From: Oopsacas minuta
Lineage: Eukaryota > Animalia > Porifera
Direction of reading: 5' to 3'
DNA: 64,000 bases
Assembly (NCBI GenBank): GCA_024704765.1
Contig: JAKMXF010000077.1
Location: 643,314 to 707,313, forward strand
Shown here: one piece after another, positions 1-13,530 of the stretch
How the letters are laid out: each line of letters begins with the position of its first letter
Position numbering within the stretch: position 1 is the stretch's first letter
Program-made: the position numbers and the translations under genes
The notes under the pieces: model-generated
The model's database searches: none
The model's input: only the letters and a program-made list of their open reading frames with translations
Told to the model about the DNA's origin: nothing

Positions 1-1391
1 ATGTTTCATTCTTCAAAGGTGATCGCTTGAATATTTTCACAATTCCACGTACTTTGGTTACTATTTTGGAGATGTCAAAATTTAGTGCAAGAGCATTCTG
101 AGGGTCCATCGATTCCGAAACAATGAATCCATCATCATTAAAATCATCAAACATTTCCATATCTTCATCTTCATCTTCATCGGTTTCACTTGTACTAGAA
201 TAAATTTCTTCAGTTTCACTAAGTTGTTTTTGATAGATAACGTCTTGTATTTCAAGCTGGAGTCCATGTGCGTAGCATAACTGCTGATTTGTGGGTATTA
301 TTTTCCCCAACTTCTTCATCATTGAACACCCGTCTGTTGTGATAGAAATGACATCTGTTTCGAATTCTATTCCAAATTCTTTTAGTTTAAGTGAGATTAT
401 CTTGGAACAAGCCTCTGAAGAAAATCTTTCCTTAATCCTTACCAATCCTAAGTTCCAAAAGAACCCAATGCCATGTATATTAATATTGAGATATCTTTTG
501 TTTTGCAGGATGTCCATTCATCAAGGGTAAGACTGAAATATTGACCTTTTGATTTAATAATGCTTAGATTTCTGGTAATATCTTGGCGTAATTGCTGACC
601 ATATTTTAGCACTTGATCTCTTATTCCGACAACCGATCTTGGTAGTGAATGTCCTAGTGCAGCAAGAGATTTTCTCAAGTCCATTGATGTAGTAAATATA
701 TTAAATGAAAGCCCATCGCAAGCTGTCATCCTGGCTAACACAGCTGGTAGGCTAGCGTCGTTCATGTAATAATCTAATTTCCTAACCGCACATGTATGTG
801 AGATAGCACTTTCTTCATTATTTGAGAGTTCAATAAATCAATTTGGTGCTGTGATTTAAGATGATTGTGTAGCACCTTTGTTGATCCCCTTCGCATTTAA
901 GTACCTTTTTACAGAATTACACTCAGCTACTTTCCCACATACCAAGCGCTTAAAATGGTTCCAAATTTTAGATCCTGCAAACTCTTGAAACATAACTTTT
1001 CCAGCCATTCAAGGTACGATATAACGATAATGCAACAATTACGATTTAGAATGAAATTGAGGCTTTTCTGACGATTCACCTTATATTTGAAATTTGAATA
1101 GTTAGAATGGTTGAGTGGTACCTTACAAGTTTGCTTGAATTCTCTGACTTGTTAAGCACTTATTAATTTTGGTGTCTTATTCATATTGAAAACATATTTC
1201 ATTCAGTATTAACAATACGAAACCAATTAAATCCCTAAATCATTTCAACGCAATTACACAAATGTACATAATGATCATAGAGCATGTCAATATGCAATCA
1301 AGAAGATATCCCGGGATTGAAGAAACAATCCCGGTAATTAGTCCCGAAACAATAACCTCGGGATCCCGGGATCCCGGGATTAAAAACCCTA
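1..1391 (-). mobile_element. hAT transposon, 5' part (BED zinc finger plus start of catalytic domain), degenerate, runs off the window start
   Basis: Minus strand reads TAGGGTTTTTAATCCCGGGATCCCGGG from 1391 (TAGGG terminus with ATCCCG subterminal repeats). N-terminal MAGKVMFQEFAGSKIWNHFKRLVCGKVAEC (BED-like) starts near 1007. ORF 448-765 carries the FSLTLDEWTS first catalytic Asp motif. Confidence 0.8.
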
Positions 1392-1899
1392 TGTCAGACA
1401 TGCCATTAGCTAGTATTTCAATAATCATATTATCACACAGCCTACGAAACTAAAACCTATCCACTGTCTAGAATTTCTTGGACAATGGATCATATATGAT
1501 ACATCACCTACATATAATGGCACAAACCTTTGACCTGCAGCCAAAGTGCAGTGTTCCAGAGTGTATCTCATCCAAAACAGAAATTTTAGAAAATATGATA
1601 GCATATATTTAGTATAAATATTATAACATCTATTATCTATTAACATCGATGTATTGAATAATGTTGCTGCTAAATCTGTATAACGTAATTGATATGATAT
1701 TTTTTAGCTTTCAGTATCGTTTTGGTTATGATACGGCGGTACTGTGCAAAATACTAAATAGATGAGACATTATACTCAAAATCAGGTATACCTCTGATTA
1801 CTCGATATGCCTCTCAATTTCAAACATGTTTTCTCTTATATTTTCGATGGATCGAGTATGATCATGGAACAGTTAAAGTTTAGCATTTGAGGACGCAAA

Positions 1900-2260
1900 A
1901 GACTGCAGTTTGAAGCTGCAGAAAGAGGATGGAGATACACAGGTGATGTGGGACTCCTTAATTGCAAGGATGGAGGATATAGGAATGATTTAGAAAGCAG
2001 AAAAGCAAACAACAGGATAGCTCGATCCATCAACAGACTGTTTGTTTTATGAGTAGAACTTGCCAAGAAGATTCTAATGGGAACCAGTTGGCAGATCAGT
2101 TCAGCGTAGAGCAACGAAAACACAGATTGGCTCTGCGTACCATTATTCAAGCAATACAATCTCCCGTCATACAAGGATTAGCAATCCCCAGTCATTCTGA
2201 TTAAGAGTGAAATTTCATTGGAACATTAGACGGCCAGTTTCTACTTCTAAAAGAAGAAAT
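1900..2260 (+). pseudogene. Degenerate ZMYM1/DUF4371-type hAT transposase fragment
   Basis: 2110-2230 translates as RKHRLALRTIIQAIQSPVIQGLAIPSHSD*E*NFIGTL, resembling the QGLA(F/L)RGH..E.GNF motif; contains stops. Confidence 0.4.
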
Positions 2261-2439
2261 ACGTATACAGAGAGGGATTATAGTTGTTGAGCTGGGAGAC
2301 TCAGAACATTTTCATTGGGTCTCTTGGTAATGTGGTTTCAGGACATTGATGAATGATGTAGTTAGTAATTTTCTAGGGGCGCTAAATACATTCCTGAAGA
2401 AGATAAATGTGTTGATCGAGTCCAGAAACTTCAACCTGT

Positions 2440-2700
2440 TATGGTTTGAGGAGGAGTAGCAGCGAATTCGAGGACAAATCTGATTTTTACTCGAAAGGAG
2501 TAAAAGTAAACTTAGAAACTTATAGGAAGTTAATACTCGAGCCGGACTTCAAAGATGCAGGTCGTCCCTATTCAAAAATCAGGAATGGATATTCCAACAT
2601 GACTCAGCTCCAGCGGATTCCTCGAATACTACTCAGTTCTGGCTGAGGGGGCAAAATATCAAGTTTTTTCAAAGACGGAATGGCCACTAGGCCGGATCGA
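2440..2700 (+). pseudogene. maT (DD37D)-like Tc1/mariner transposase fragment
   Basis: KGVKVNLETYRKLILEP ... EWIFQHDSAPA ... FWLRGQNIKFFSKTEWP (frameshifted) parallels the near-intact element at 17346-18656. Confidence 0.65.
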
Positions 2701-3966
2701 GAAAAGTATACATTGTCGCTTCAACTTCTACCTAAGGCAAAAGCTGCCTTAACTCTTCTCTAGGAAAATGCAAGACATAATTTGAAAAATATTTCAAGTT
2801 GATTATTGCGGTTTTATATTTTTGCAGTGTCTCTTTCGTAAACTTGACTTTAAATTGTCTGAATTTTTGATTCCTTTGACTTAGCCCCTTTAGATATATT
2901 TGTGGTAATAGTAAGTCGCATATTTGCTTTCGAATTGTGTATTAGGCTAATTTCTATGTCCAAGGATACTCAAGTTATCAAGATATTTTGCATATTCTAT
3001 CATTCCCTAATAATATTATCCACCCCCCTTTTCTGAAGATCTGCAAATGCATAATTCTTACAAGAAATAGCTATATCCTCACCAAACTTAGCATAATTTT
3101 GTATCTAGGTCCAAATTCATCAATAGACTACCGCAAAGAAATTTTACCAACTTTCCTTATCTCTTGCTCTTAACTTAGTTACCATTTATCTAGTATGGAA
3201 TTTATAGTCAATAATTATATCTAAAAAACTCACTCAAATCATTCATATTATAGTGTGATTATATTCCTATAATTTATGTATTTTGAATATGGTAAGATAC
3301 ACGCTTAGTATTGTAGTATTTCATCCTGTTTTTGGTTATCCTTGACCCATCCCAGAAAATCTACTCCCAATAAAACTAGATCTATACAATCATTATAGTA
3401 TGCTTAGAAATGAAGATTCTAAAACCTAACTCAACTAGAGATGATATAGCGAAAGGATTAACTGAAGTATTAGTGCGTATCTATAATTTGGCTTCCATAC
3501 CCAAAAATCAGAACTCAAAATATAACAGTACATCATTTCTGTTATTATCGAGAGAACAAAGCTTTTTGCTTCTTGAATTAGGCATTTGCAACTTGAGACA
3601 TCGAACTATACATTAAATTGAGAATTATAGGCTGGACATAATGCTAGTTTTGGATACATTTTCTGTAGTATCTAGCTCTCAATAATATCATCTATTTAGT
3701 CAGGATTTTAACTAACATAGTCAAATTGCTCTATCAGGTATTTATCCTACGCATTTCAAATAGTAATATCTATCATATACTGGAGTAGTAGTCTATTGAG
3801 GGATGTATATATTATCGTCCAAATTGAGTAATGTTATTCATATACTAAATTTGGGATAAACTATTATAGTTTATTAAAAACAATATTGTATAATTTCAAT
3901 GCTAAGTTTTTGGTCAACTAAAAAACATGAATTATCATATTCTGAACTTGTATGTTGTATCCAGAT

Positions 3967-4560
3967 TAGTGGTTCTCAAACATTTTCCCTGGCGACCCCC
4001 TAACAATTGTCAAATTAATTCAAGACTCAAATATTTCACAGTGCACATATTTAATGATATAGCGTCAAATAGTTATTACTTATACAATGTTCAATAAAAT
4101 ATATCAATGAGATGGGTGTAGTTGCTTTTCTTTAGCTGAAGCATAATTTCCGGATCTGTGCTTGCGAGTTCACAAAGAATATCATCATCTAACTATAATT
4201 TGTTTCTACAGCTATTATTAATTTGTAACAGTGTTGAAAAACCTGATTCATATAGGTAAGTAGTAGGTAAAGGTAACTGATTTTAATGATACTGCAGATT
4301 AGAGTAGGTTAGAATCCTCCATTGAGCACCAAAAGGAACTCAATACCTCTCTTTCAAATACTCTGGCAGATACATCATGAATGAGATCTATCAATCCATC
4401 CTGAGCTCAGTCATTTTGTCTGGGATTGCTTAGACAGATGTAGCAAAGGATTTCTCAATAACTTCAAATCTGCTGAGTCCTTCCGCTTAGGTTAATAATG
4501 AGAAATACTTTGTCTAGTGTTGTAAAGGTGTTCAGAGATTAAATTTTTGAATCATTACCC
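3967..4560 (-). mobile_element. hAT (Charlie/Buster-like) 3' end remnant
   Basis: TAGTGGTTCTCAAAC terminus at 3967. Minus strand encodes PTTYLYESGFSTLLQINNSCRNKL (hAT dimerisation motif). Confidence 0.7.
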
Positions 4561-4689
4561 AATTCAGTATCTATGTTTTCGAAATATTTGGACAATATTC
4601 ACCATACATATAGTTCATGAGTCAAACGACTTACAGAATGCGATTCGATAGTGTCCCTGTTCGCCTCTTTCTTCTACAAGGTTGTGGCA

Positions 4690-5480
4690 GCCTGAACAGT
4701 GGGTCATTAGTTCGCTTCCAGAATAAGAACGAAGGACCTAGCATTCAAGATGGATGCGCTTTACGCGGATGCAGGAAAGTCATCCCAGGGAATGCCAGGA
4801 AAATGTTTGGAATTACATTATCAATGACATAAGGGTGATCCAGCATGATATGTATGGCTAGTGGTTATGTCTGGGGGCCTGGGATGGACGCCCACTTTGT
4901 AAAGAAATGTCAACAAAGCCAACTAACAAAACACCAATGACAAAGTTCCCTTGCACCCATGGTAGTAGCCTGAACGACCATCGAGGCATATTCAAATGAC
5001 TATGCTAACTCAGTTTTAGAAAAATGTTTCTTCTAGTAATAGACGAGAATTCTAAATGGTTAGAGGGATTCATATTAAATTTCGCAACGTCTACCATAAG
5101 AATTTAGGAATTACGGAGGATGTTCTAAGCACATGGATTAACAGATGTACTTGTCTTTGACAACAGTACATCATTCTTTAGTGTTGAGTTCTCGAAATTT
5201 AAGAAAAGAACAATATACGGCATAACAGAAGCGCTCCATCTCATCTTTCCCCAAATGGTCAGGTAGAAGGAACAGTAAAGATAATGAAAAACTCTAATAT
5301 AGGATTCAACTGATTCAGTACATCCAAGCAAGGATATTAAAAATTAAGGAAAGAAACCTAATACAACTACCGGAATCCCGTCCTCTGAATTACTAATGGA
5401 TAGAAGGATTAGAACAAATCTAAGCCGCCTTTCCTCTGAATGAGCTTCTACGAGAGTCAGACCAAAGCTTTAACGTACAA
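4690..5480 (+). pseudogene. Ty3/Gypsy integrase remnant
   Basis: SIQDGCALRGCRKVIP, GYVWGPGMD..CQQ (H2C2 region), FLLVIDENSKWLE, AHGLTDVLVFDNSTSFFSVEF and PNGQVEGTV match a decayed D-D-E integrase core. Confidence 0.75.
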
Positions 5481-5648
5481 AGGTTCTATTTGTCTTCAAT
5501 CAAATAAATACAACACTATATACTTAGATAAATAGATATATATATATATATATATAATGACTCTAGTAATAATTTGAGCTATTCAACACTAATTTTCTGA
5601 GTAGCGCTAATTTATCCATAAGCCCATATACAGATTATATTCTACTGA

Positions 5649-7187
5649 ATGGAACTGGAAAGAAGGGATTTTAGAGCCATGATGTTTTATGACTTCATGC
5701 GTAAGATATCAGTGGAGCAGAGTCATGATAATTTGATGGAAGCTTTCCAAGATCAAGCTCCATCTAAGCATACAGTGGAGCGTTGGATCTAGATTTCAGG
5801 AGGGAGGGAACGTCACTACAAGATGAGGCTAGGTCTGGGCGACCTTCAACCGCCGTCACTCCGGAGACTATTGCTGCTGCTGAGACATTAATCAAAGAGG
5901 ATAGCCGCATTAACTATGAGCTGTTTGCTGAGACCCTAAAGATCGGGAAAGCCGCCATCAATACTATTCTACATGATTATCTTGGTGTCAGAAGGCTTGG
6001 GCCCGATGGATCTCATAATCTCTCTGAAATGCATTAGAGGCAAGGGTAGAATGGTGCAAGTTTATGCTCAAGAAATTTAAAGGAGGAGAGTCTAAACGAG
6101 TTTACGACATACTAAGATGTGATGAGACATGGATCTATCAGTACGATCCGGAAACAAAGCGGCAATCTTCAATCTGGGTGTTTCCTGGCGAAGATCCCCC
6201 TGTTAAAGTTCGCCGGGCTCGCAGCGTTGGGAAGAATATGGTGGCTGCATTTTCTGTAAGACTGGCCCAGTAGCAATAATTCCTCTCGAGAATCGTCGTA
6301 TCGTCGATGCTAATTGGCACATTAACAATTTCCTACCCAAGGCTTTCGAAGCTTGGAGTTCTCGTCGCCCTAAGACCGGTATCAGAGGAATCCTCCTTCA
6401 CCACGATAATGCATCTGCACCAGGACTGTATCAACTCATTTTGAGTTGGCAAAATCACCTCATATTATTCTACCAACTCATTCAACTCCTTCAATTCATC
6501 TAGCTTATGTACCAACTCATTTCAACTCATTCAACTTCCAACTCAAATTGTGTTACACAATCTATGATTAGGAATATAAATGTAGTCTGATATGCATTGA
6601 ATGGTTGGAATCAACCATAGTTTTTTCTTCATAAGACAATCTACTATTACAGTATCAGAGATCATTAAAATAATAAACCGAAAGAAAAATATGCGTAAAA
6701 TGTGTTGAACTCATTTGAACTCATTTCATTGAGCAATCAACTCATTCAACTCATTCATTTGAGAGCTACCAACTGATTCAAATCATTCAATAAAATGAGT
6801 TGATTTTTCCAACTCAAAATGAGTTGATACAGCCCTGATCTGCACACACAGCAGCCAAAATATTGGACTTCCTGGCTGAAAATTCGGTCCAGTTGATATC
6901 GCATCCACCCTCAGTCCAGATTTAGCTCCATGCGATTATTTCTTGTTCCCAACAATCAAGGAAAAGATCCTTGGAATAAGGTTTGAGAGTCCTGAAGAGG
7001 CTTGTCTGGCATTTGAAGAGGCCTTTGGAGCCTGCCAGAGGAAAATGGCATAATTGTTTCGACAGTTAGTTCCATCATATGCAACTTTGCATTGATTGTT
7101 GTGGCCGTTACTCTGAAAAACTGAAAGTTTGATTAAATTTTTATCATATTTTTTGTGTACGACAAAACTTTTGGACTGAACCACGTG
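5649..7187 (+). mobile_element. mariner (DD34D) element, decayed, interrupted by a hAT MITE
   Basis: MELERRDFRAMMFYDF start, CDETWIYQYDPETKRQS, HHDNASAHTA (rejoined across the MITE) and PDLAPCDYFLFP. A mariner-like 3' terminus is near 7157-7187; the 5' TIR was not found. Confidence 0.9.
6421..6837. mobile_element. hAT-family MITE, 417 bp
   Basis: TIRs CAGGACTGTATCAACTCATTTTGAGTTGG and CAGGGCTGTATCAACTCATTTTGAGTTGG; perfect 8-bp TSD ATCTGCAC (6413-6420, 6838-6845); many internal CAACTCATT repeats. Confidence 0.95.
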
Positions 7188-9038
7188 CAATGCCTCGCAA
7201 GCCAGAAAAGCAAAAGATGAACCATAATAACAATATTAAGGACAACTTGTAAGTGGAGGGGGGCTACTTTTATGACACGTGATTTTTCATATAACAAACT
7301 GAAGTGGGTGGTAGGGAAGGTAAGTCGTGGCTCTGACCCTAAGTGCTATAGCATAAGCCTCGAATATGGAAGAGAATGCTTTCAGCTATACTTCATCCCT
7401 GGTACTTTTACTGTTAGGCCTTATATTTAGTAGGCTATGATTATACGTTGTAATTGTTATTTCAGATTCCTATTCTACAAATTAGAAATATCCATTACTG
7501 AACACTTTACCTCTAAAAGCTACATTTTGGTTGACAATCATCAATCCTTGCAGCCATGTGCCACTTGTTCCCATTAAATACCAAGGTGGGAATTGAAAAA
7601 AGAGGAACATAGTGAGACTTAACGAGAATCTTATTAAAAAATCTATATCTAATTGAATGAAAGCTTCTTCAATAAATAAGAAAATGGTTAACAAATCAAA
7701 ATTACAATATCTCATACATTATGAATACATTACTGCATACATATTATTAGATATAGTCTGGTAATAATTTCTAAGGGATTATTTGGATGGACACATTCAT
7801 ATATTAGAGGATTAAATACTATATATTACTGAATCTTCATTAAAAATTTCGAAATCATAATGATGATAAGAAGTATGCCCAAATTCTTATTCACACAGGT
7901 ATAATTCGTGTTAAAATAAGACATACATAAACCGGGCAAAGTTATTTCAAGAAAACAAATCTAAAAGTCTAAAAGTACAACATATGCCGATAGCTAGTCA
8001 ATTTACTAAATTTGTTAATACGTCAATAGTAATTAGAGGCATTATTTGTATTGAGATAAATATGATTAATAGTGCCTGCAATTAATAGTACCACTTTAAA
8101 CAAATTAAATTAATTGACTGAGCAAGTTGTGATTTTAAATTATTTATTGCATGTGGATTATATAATTATAGTAATCTTGTAAATTATAATATATTAAAGC
8201 ATTAGAATTTTGAAATATTGAAAAATGTCAAAAAATTGAATATGCTCTATGTCAACATTGCTCTAGTATGATAACTTCGTCATTATCATGAGAAATGTGT
8301 CACTTAACATCTACTACACTTCATCAATTACAAATATCATTTATTTCTTGTAAAAATGGAGTTACGAGCATTCTAGTATACCGTTATGTCATTAGGACCT
8401 AGCAAAATAAACAAAATTTTTTGTGAATGTATGCAAACGCTCACTTTTTACTAAATTTTTCGAAATCTCAAAATTTAAAATTTTGCCTGCCATCACCACC
8501 TCCACAATCGTGACTTCATATTTATGTGGCAAACGGGTCCATCTTACCATCACTACACGTCATCAATTGTAAGTTTTACTATAGCTGCAATCGTTAGAAT
8601 GAAATTCATGTGGTAGATGAGGCGAAACAAATTGTGTTGATAAATATTTCTTCTAAAGTCTAGAGAATGTGTACTAAGTTTGTTGAATTAGGTAAATACC
8701 ATCATATATATTGTAAAAACCTCATACTACTATTTTGTTACTAATACTATAATAGCCAAAACCAAATACAATCCTATGGGGCAAATTGTATTGTGGCACA
8801 AAAGCGGAACGTGTGTCAAATAAATAATCGTGGCCGTTAGTACACTTTGCACAGTAGTTGACCATGTAACCTAAAGATTCAGCAATTAACCTGGTTAGTT
8901 ACCGGGGATATACAAGCAAATTAACAGTCAGACACTATTGAAAAATGCAAAGTGGGGTCGAAAATGCATCCGTCGGATGCGGTTTCACTGTCATGCCCCA
9001 TTTTTTAACATGAAACATTCACATTTATTGGATCTATG

Positions 9039-9620
9039 TAGGGATGCTAATGCAATCCAATACAATAAATACAACCAATCAATCCAAATTTTATCGATAT
9101 TATATTATACAAAATATCTTAATTAAACATTACAAAAGTGTGTTTATTGATTATCCTTGGAATTTTTAACTTTATGCGAGTGCGAAATAACCTGACATCA
9201 ATTAGACCTGCTACATGCATTAGCTATTTTGACAGATAAATTTTCAGATATGCTAATTAACTGAATTTCAGTATTTCAAAATAGAATTATCAAATAGGAA
9301 TTGCATAAATAATCATCGATGAAAATAAAGATCTATAGATATGAAAGAAAACATGAATAGAAATAAGATAGAGTGAATGGGGTTGTCAATTCGAATGGAA
9401 AATCTCAAATTGATTCGCAAGACAAGGATGAAATAATGAAACCAAAAGAATTTATGGATTGCTGAATTGTCGATATAGATTGGATTGCCAAGAAAATCTA
9501 TCGATTGCTCCTATTTGATTGATTGGATGGGCATAATTGAATGCAATGTATTGATACCAATCATTTCAATGCAATGAATATACTGGATCTATGCAGCCAA
9601 ATATGAATAGCATCATTAAC
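9039..9620. repeat. MITE-like dispersed repeat (TAGGGATGCTAAT end family)
   Basis: Terminus TAGGGATGCTAATGCAATCCAATAC with inverted ATTGGATTG-type motifs near the other end. Related ends occur at about 13994, 14701 and 60522. Confidence 0.4.
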
Positions 9621-9986
9621 TCACCAAGAATAAAGTAAATATAGCTCTCAATAGGGAAATATATTTACATTGGTAGTTGGCTTTCGGATACTTTGATCAT
9701 ATTAGGCCGAATACCAAATGAAGAAATAAAATAAAAATAAAACATTCTAAAATACATATAATCATGAGGTGTGAATTAATTATACAAAATTAGGCTATAT
9801 CAATTATCTAAATAATTTCATTTATTCGAACACCAAAATTGAAAGTGTATGCCAAAGGTGTCGGATAATGCAGGGTGTACTGTGTCCCACAATTATTTGA
9901 AAGGCCTATAGATAACGTACTATACAATAGAATAGGCTAATGCACATGGAGCATCATAACAAATAATAGATTTTGGAACAGGAATT

Positions 9987-12437
9987 AAGGTGTCGACCGA
10001 AAGAAATACATAAATATGTTGCACGTTTAACAAAATCACCAATACTGAATATATTAAGGATTTCCAGTGATTATATTCGTTCTCTAAAAGTATATGGTCA
10101 TATTTGGTCTTATTTCAAAAGTTACTCCATGAAATGCATTAGATTACACAACTCAACAAGATTACTCATCAGAGATCACATACATTTATCTTAGCATACT
10201 TTTGAATGCTGAACTCGAATCTGCAATCAGAATTTCTCTAGTACGTCTAGTTATGCTGAAATCCAATATCCATTTTTTCAATAGTATAGCATTACCTAGT
10301 TACCAAATTGCTATATGAGCATGCCTATTTTAATTCAATTATCTGGAATATAAATGACTTTACTTATTTGAATTCAAGCAAATCAAATTATAAACATGCA
10401 TCGTAATTGTAGAACTCATCCCGACAATTTCTGTTACGTTTGTGGTCTTTTTTGCGTAAAATCACAAAGACGACCAATCACAAATCAATTAAAGAACATA
10501 TACAAATTGTACTTCGAATGTCCACTTCGTCACCAAGACAAGTCGTGGGCACCACATGTCATATGCACTTCTTGTTCAAGTGGACTACGTGATTGGTTGA
10601 ACAAAAGGAAAGTTTCAATGCCATTTGCAATACCGATGGTCTGGAGGGAACAGAAAAATCACCTTGATGATTGTTACTTTTGCCTTATCGACATTACAGG
10701 ATTCTCAGCCAAGAATAAGCACGCTCTTGTTTACCCAGACTTGGATTCTGCTCGCAGGCCAATTCCACACGACATCTCATTACCATTCCCAATTCCCAAG
10801 CCACAGCAAATTATAATCGGGTCTGATATGATGGAAGATGTCCATGCAGATTCTACAGATGCTATTTATGTCCCGGAAGATGAATTACTAGAGCCACAAA
10901 CATATACACAGGGAGAATTGAATGACTTGGTCAGGGATCTAGACTTATCTAAAGACAAAGCTGAACTACTTGCATCCAGGCTCAAACAGAAAAACCTACT
11001 CGACACAGATGCCCTAGTATCCCACTATCGCAAACGAAATTTCGATCTCGCTCAATACTACACCACTGATGGTCCACTGTGCTATTGTAATGATATCGAA
11101 GGACTCTATGCAAACCCTATTACAAGAACATTCTTCCTCTGATAGGCGCCTTTTCATTGACTCATCAAAACACAGTTTGAAAGCTGTTCTGTTGCATAAC
11201 GGAAATTTAAAGCCTGGCGTTCCAATTGCTCACTCCGTCTATCTCAAAGTAACCTTCGTCAATTTGCAGGAAGTTTTGGAGGCAATACAGTCTAGAACAC
11301 ATATATAGAATATCTGCGGTGATCTGAAGATAATCGGGCTATTGATGGGCTTGCAAAAAGGTTTACAAAGTATTGTTGTTTCCTATATCTATGGGACAGC
11401 CGAGCAACTGGACAACATTATAAAAAATATGATTGGCCGAAGAGAACCTATGAAGTGGGGAAAACCAATTTACAGCATTCGCCATTGGTAGATCCAAACA
11501 AAATTTCTTACGCCCACTTCATATCAAACTTGGATTAATGAAAACATTCGTTAAAACAATGAGCAAAACAAATTCAGCAGGATTTCTGCATTTGGTAGGC
11601 AAATTTCCGAAATTAAGCGAGGCAAAGTTAAAAGAGGGAGTATTTGTAGGATCACAAATCAGACAAGTATTCAGAGATCCACATTTCGAGAAGACATTAT
11701 CCGAATTAGAAATGAGTGCTTGGAATTCTTTCAAATGGGTTTGTGAAAACTCTTTGGGCCACAAGAAATCGTCCAACTACACAGAAGGAGTGGAAACCTT
11801 GCTTAACGCATACGAGAAGATGGGCTGTCGCATGTCGCTAAAACTTCACTTCTGCACTCTCACCTTGATTTTTTCCCTGAGAACCTTGGTGCTGTAAGTG
11901 ATAAACAGGCTGAGAGATTCCACCAAGACATACAAGAGATGGAAACCCGATACCAAGGTTTCTGGAATGAGGGCATGATGTCAGATTACAGTTGGAGGCT
12001 CTTCAGAGATAATCCCAACAAGATATATAAAAGGAAGTCGTACTCTCAACACTTTTAATTTAGTTAGCTACCTTTATACTTCTAGATGGATATGTAATTC
12101 CCCTTACTTTATGAGTAGTTGATACATGCATGAATGTGAATAATTATATGTAAGAGCTAGGGTAATAACTGATATTATCTTGGCATTAATCTAAAACATC
12201 GAAACGTTGATTTATTTCAGATGGCTATCATGTAAGAAGACAAAAAGACAGCCACTACCATAAAATAACAGGATAAATTTCGGAAATACATAAAAATCGT
12301 TGACTTGTAGATGGAAAAAAAAACTGGACGTGCTGGAAAGAATCTGAAAGCAGATTTGAATTCAGCGCAAAAACTAGCTTAGAAAATGTCAATCTAATAC
12401 TTGATGAGAAAATGAAGTTAAATTTTGTTGACCTATG
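9987..12437 (+). mobile_element. Chapaev (CMC superfamily) DNA transposon, near full-length, frameshifted
   Basis: Coding 10396-12058: CRTHPDNFCYVCG..QDKSWAPHVICTSC..PMVWREQKNHLDDCYFC (Chapa zinc region), LFIDSSKHSLKAVLLHNGN, LHIKLGLMKTFVK, GCRMSLKLHF, SDKQAERFHQDI. The 3' end TTTTGTTGACCTATG (12437) is followed by TTA. The 5' end is approximate. Confidence 0.9.
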
Positions 12438-13395
12438 TTATCATTAGTAAAGATAGGTTTCAAATCAGTGTATCATGGTTTAACCTTGGCAAGGAGGGCG
12501 CATAGGATCAAGGGAGTAGGCAATACTTGTCTACAACGGATATCAGTGTTTTCTCAGGATGAAAATGGCAGCCGCTGGTCGCTGTGAACAGGTGGCTAGA
12601 TGCAGTATACTAAGGTGCCTGTTAAACAGGATTTGATTGTTTCTTTAATATTATGGTAAATAGAATATGTAAAAGAAATAGAAAAGTAACTTAGAGTGCA
12701 AATCGTGGAAACAAGTACTTAATAATTAAAGTCTTCAAAGACTCTTAAGTGTGGAATATAAGGGTGATAGTAATAGCTTAGGAGAGAATTATATTTTTCA
12801 TTTGGGAAGAGCGGCAGGCAATAAATGTTTGTCTTACAGATATATAATATCATCAAACTTCTTTGGGAAATATTTTAAAATGTATATTTAAGATGTGAAT
12901 CACGGTATTAAACTAAGTTCTATGTTTATGTCATAAAAAATATCAGAACTAACCACAAATCATGACAAATTACAGAAATACACCTCTTTCTAAAGCAACA
13001 ATATCGAAAGTCTATTAACTTCGAATTCTATGCATTGTTACACAGACACACTTGTAAAATGTGGCATGATGCACATTGCTCCCAGTGGAATAGATGCTAG
13101 TTGATCAATCATCCTAACAAGGCACATTTCTGTAATTAGCCATGGCTTGTAGTTACTAGAAAATGTAAAATAACAAAGTTTTTATGACCTAAAGAAATGA
13201 AACAGGGTGAAACACCTTGATCTAATCATGACTATATATTGTGAAATTATAGTAAAATCTCTCACCAAAACAGACGACGCGATGTCATTATGTATCCGTA
13301 GGAAATATTTGAACAACTTAGAAGAAAATATTATGACAAAGAGAAAGATCTGGAAAAATCTTGTTCAAATATGATTTAGAAAGACAATACATATT

Positions 13396-13530
13396 CACAG
13401 TGGGCTGCTATGGTGTATATGGTCAAATTCTAGTATTCACACTTTCATAAGGTTTTGGATACGTATAATATATATTTTGAATGGAGTAAATGTAGTTTCA
13501 GATGATTTGATTAATAATTATCAAAATAAA
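13396..13530 (+). mobile_element. Solo terminus of a Transib/RAG1-like element related to the 5' end of element 54510-57674
   Basis: CACAGTGGGCTGCTATGG vs CACAGTGGGCTACTAGGG (16/18), with patchy downstream similarity (CAAATTCT; TCAGATGA block). No transposase follows. Confidence 0.6.

Noticed and set aside
6421-6837. CAACTCATT repeats as a CRISPR-like array
   Set aside because: Spacing is irregular, orientation is inverted, and the tract is bounded by TIRs with an 8-bp TSD, so it is a MITE in a eukaryotic context.
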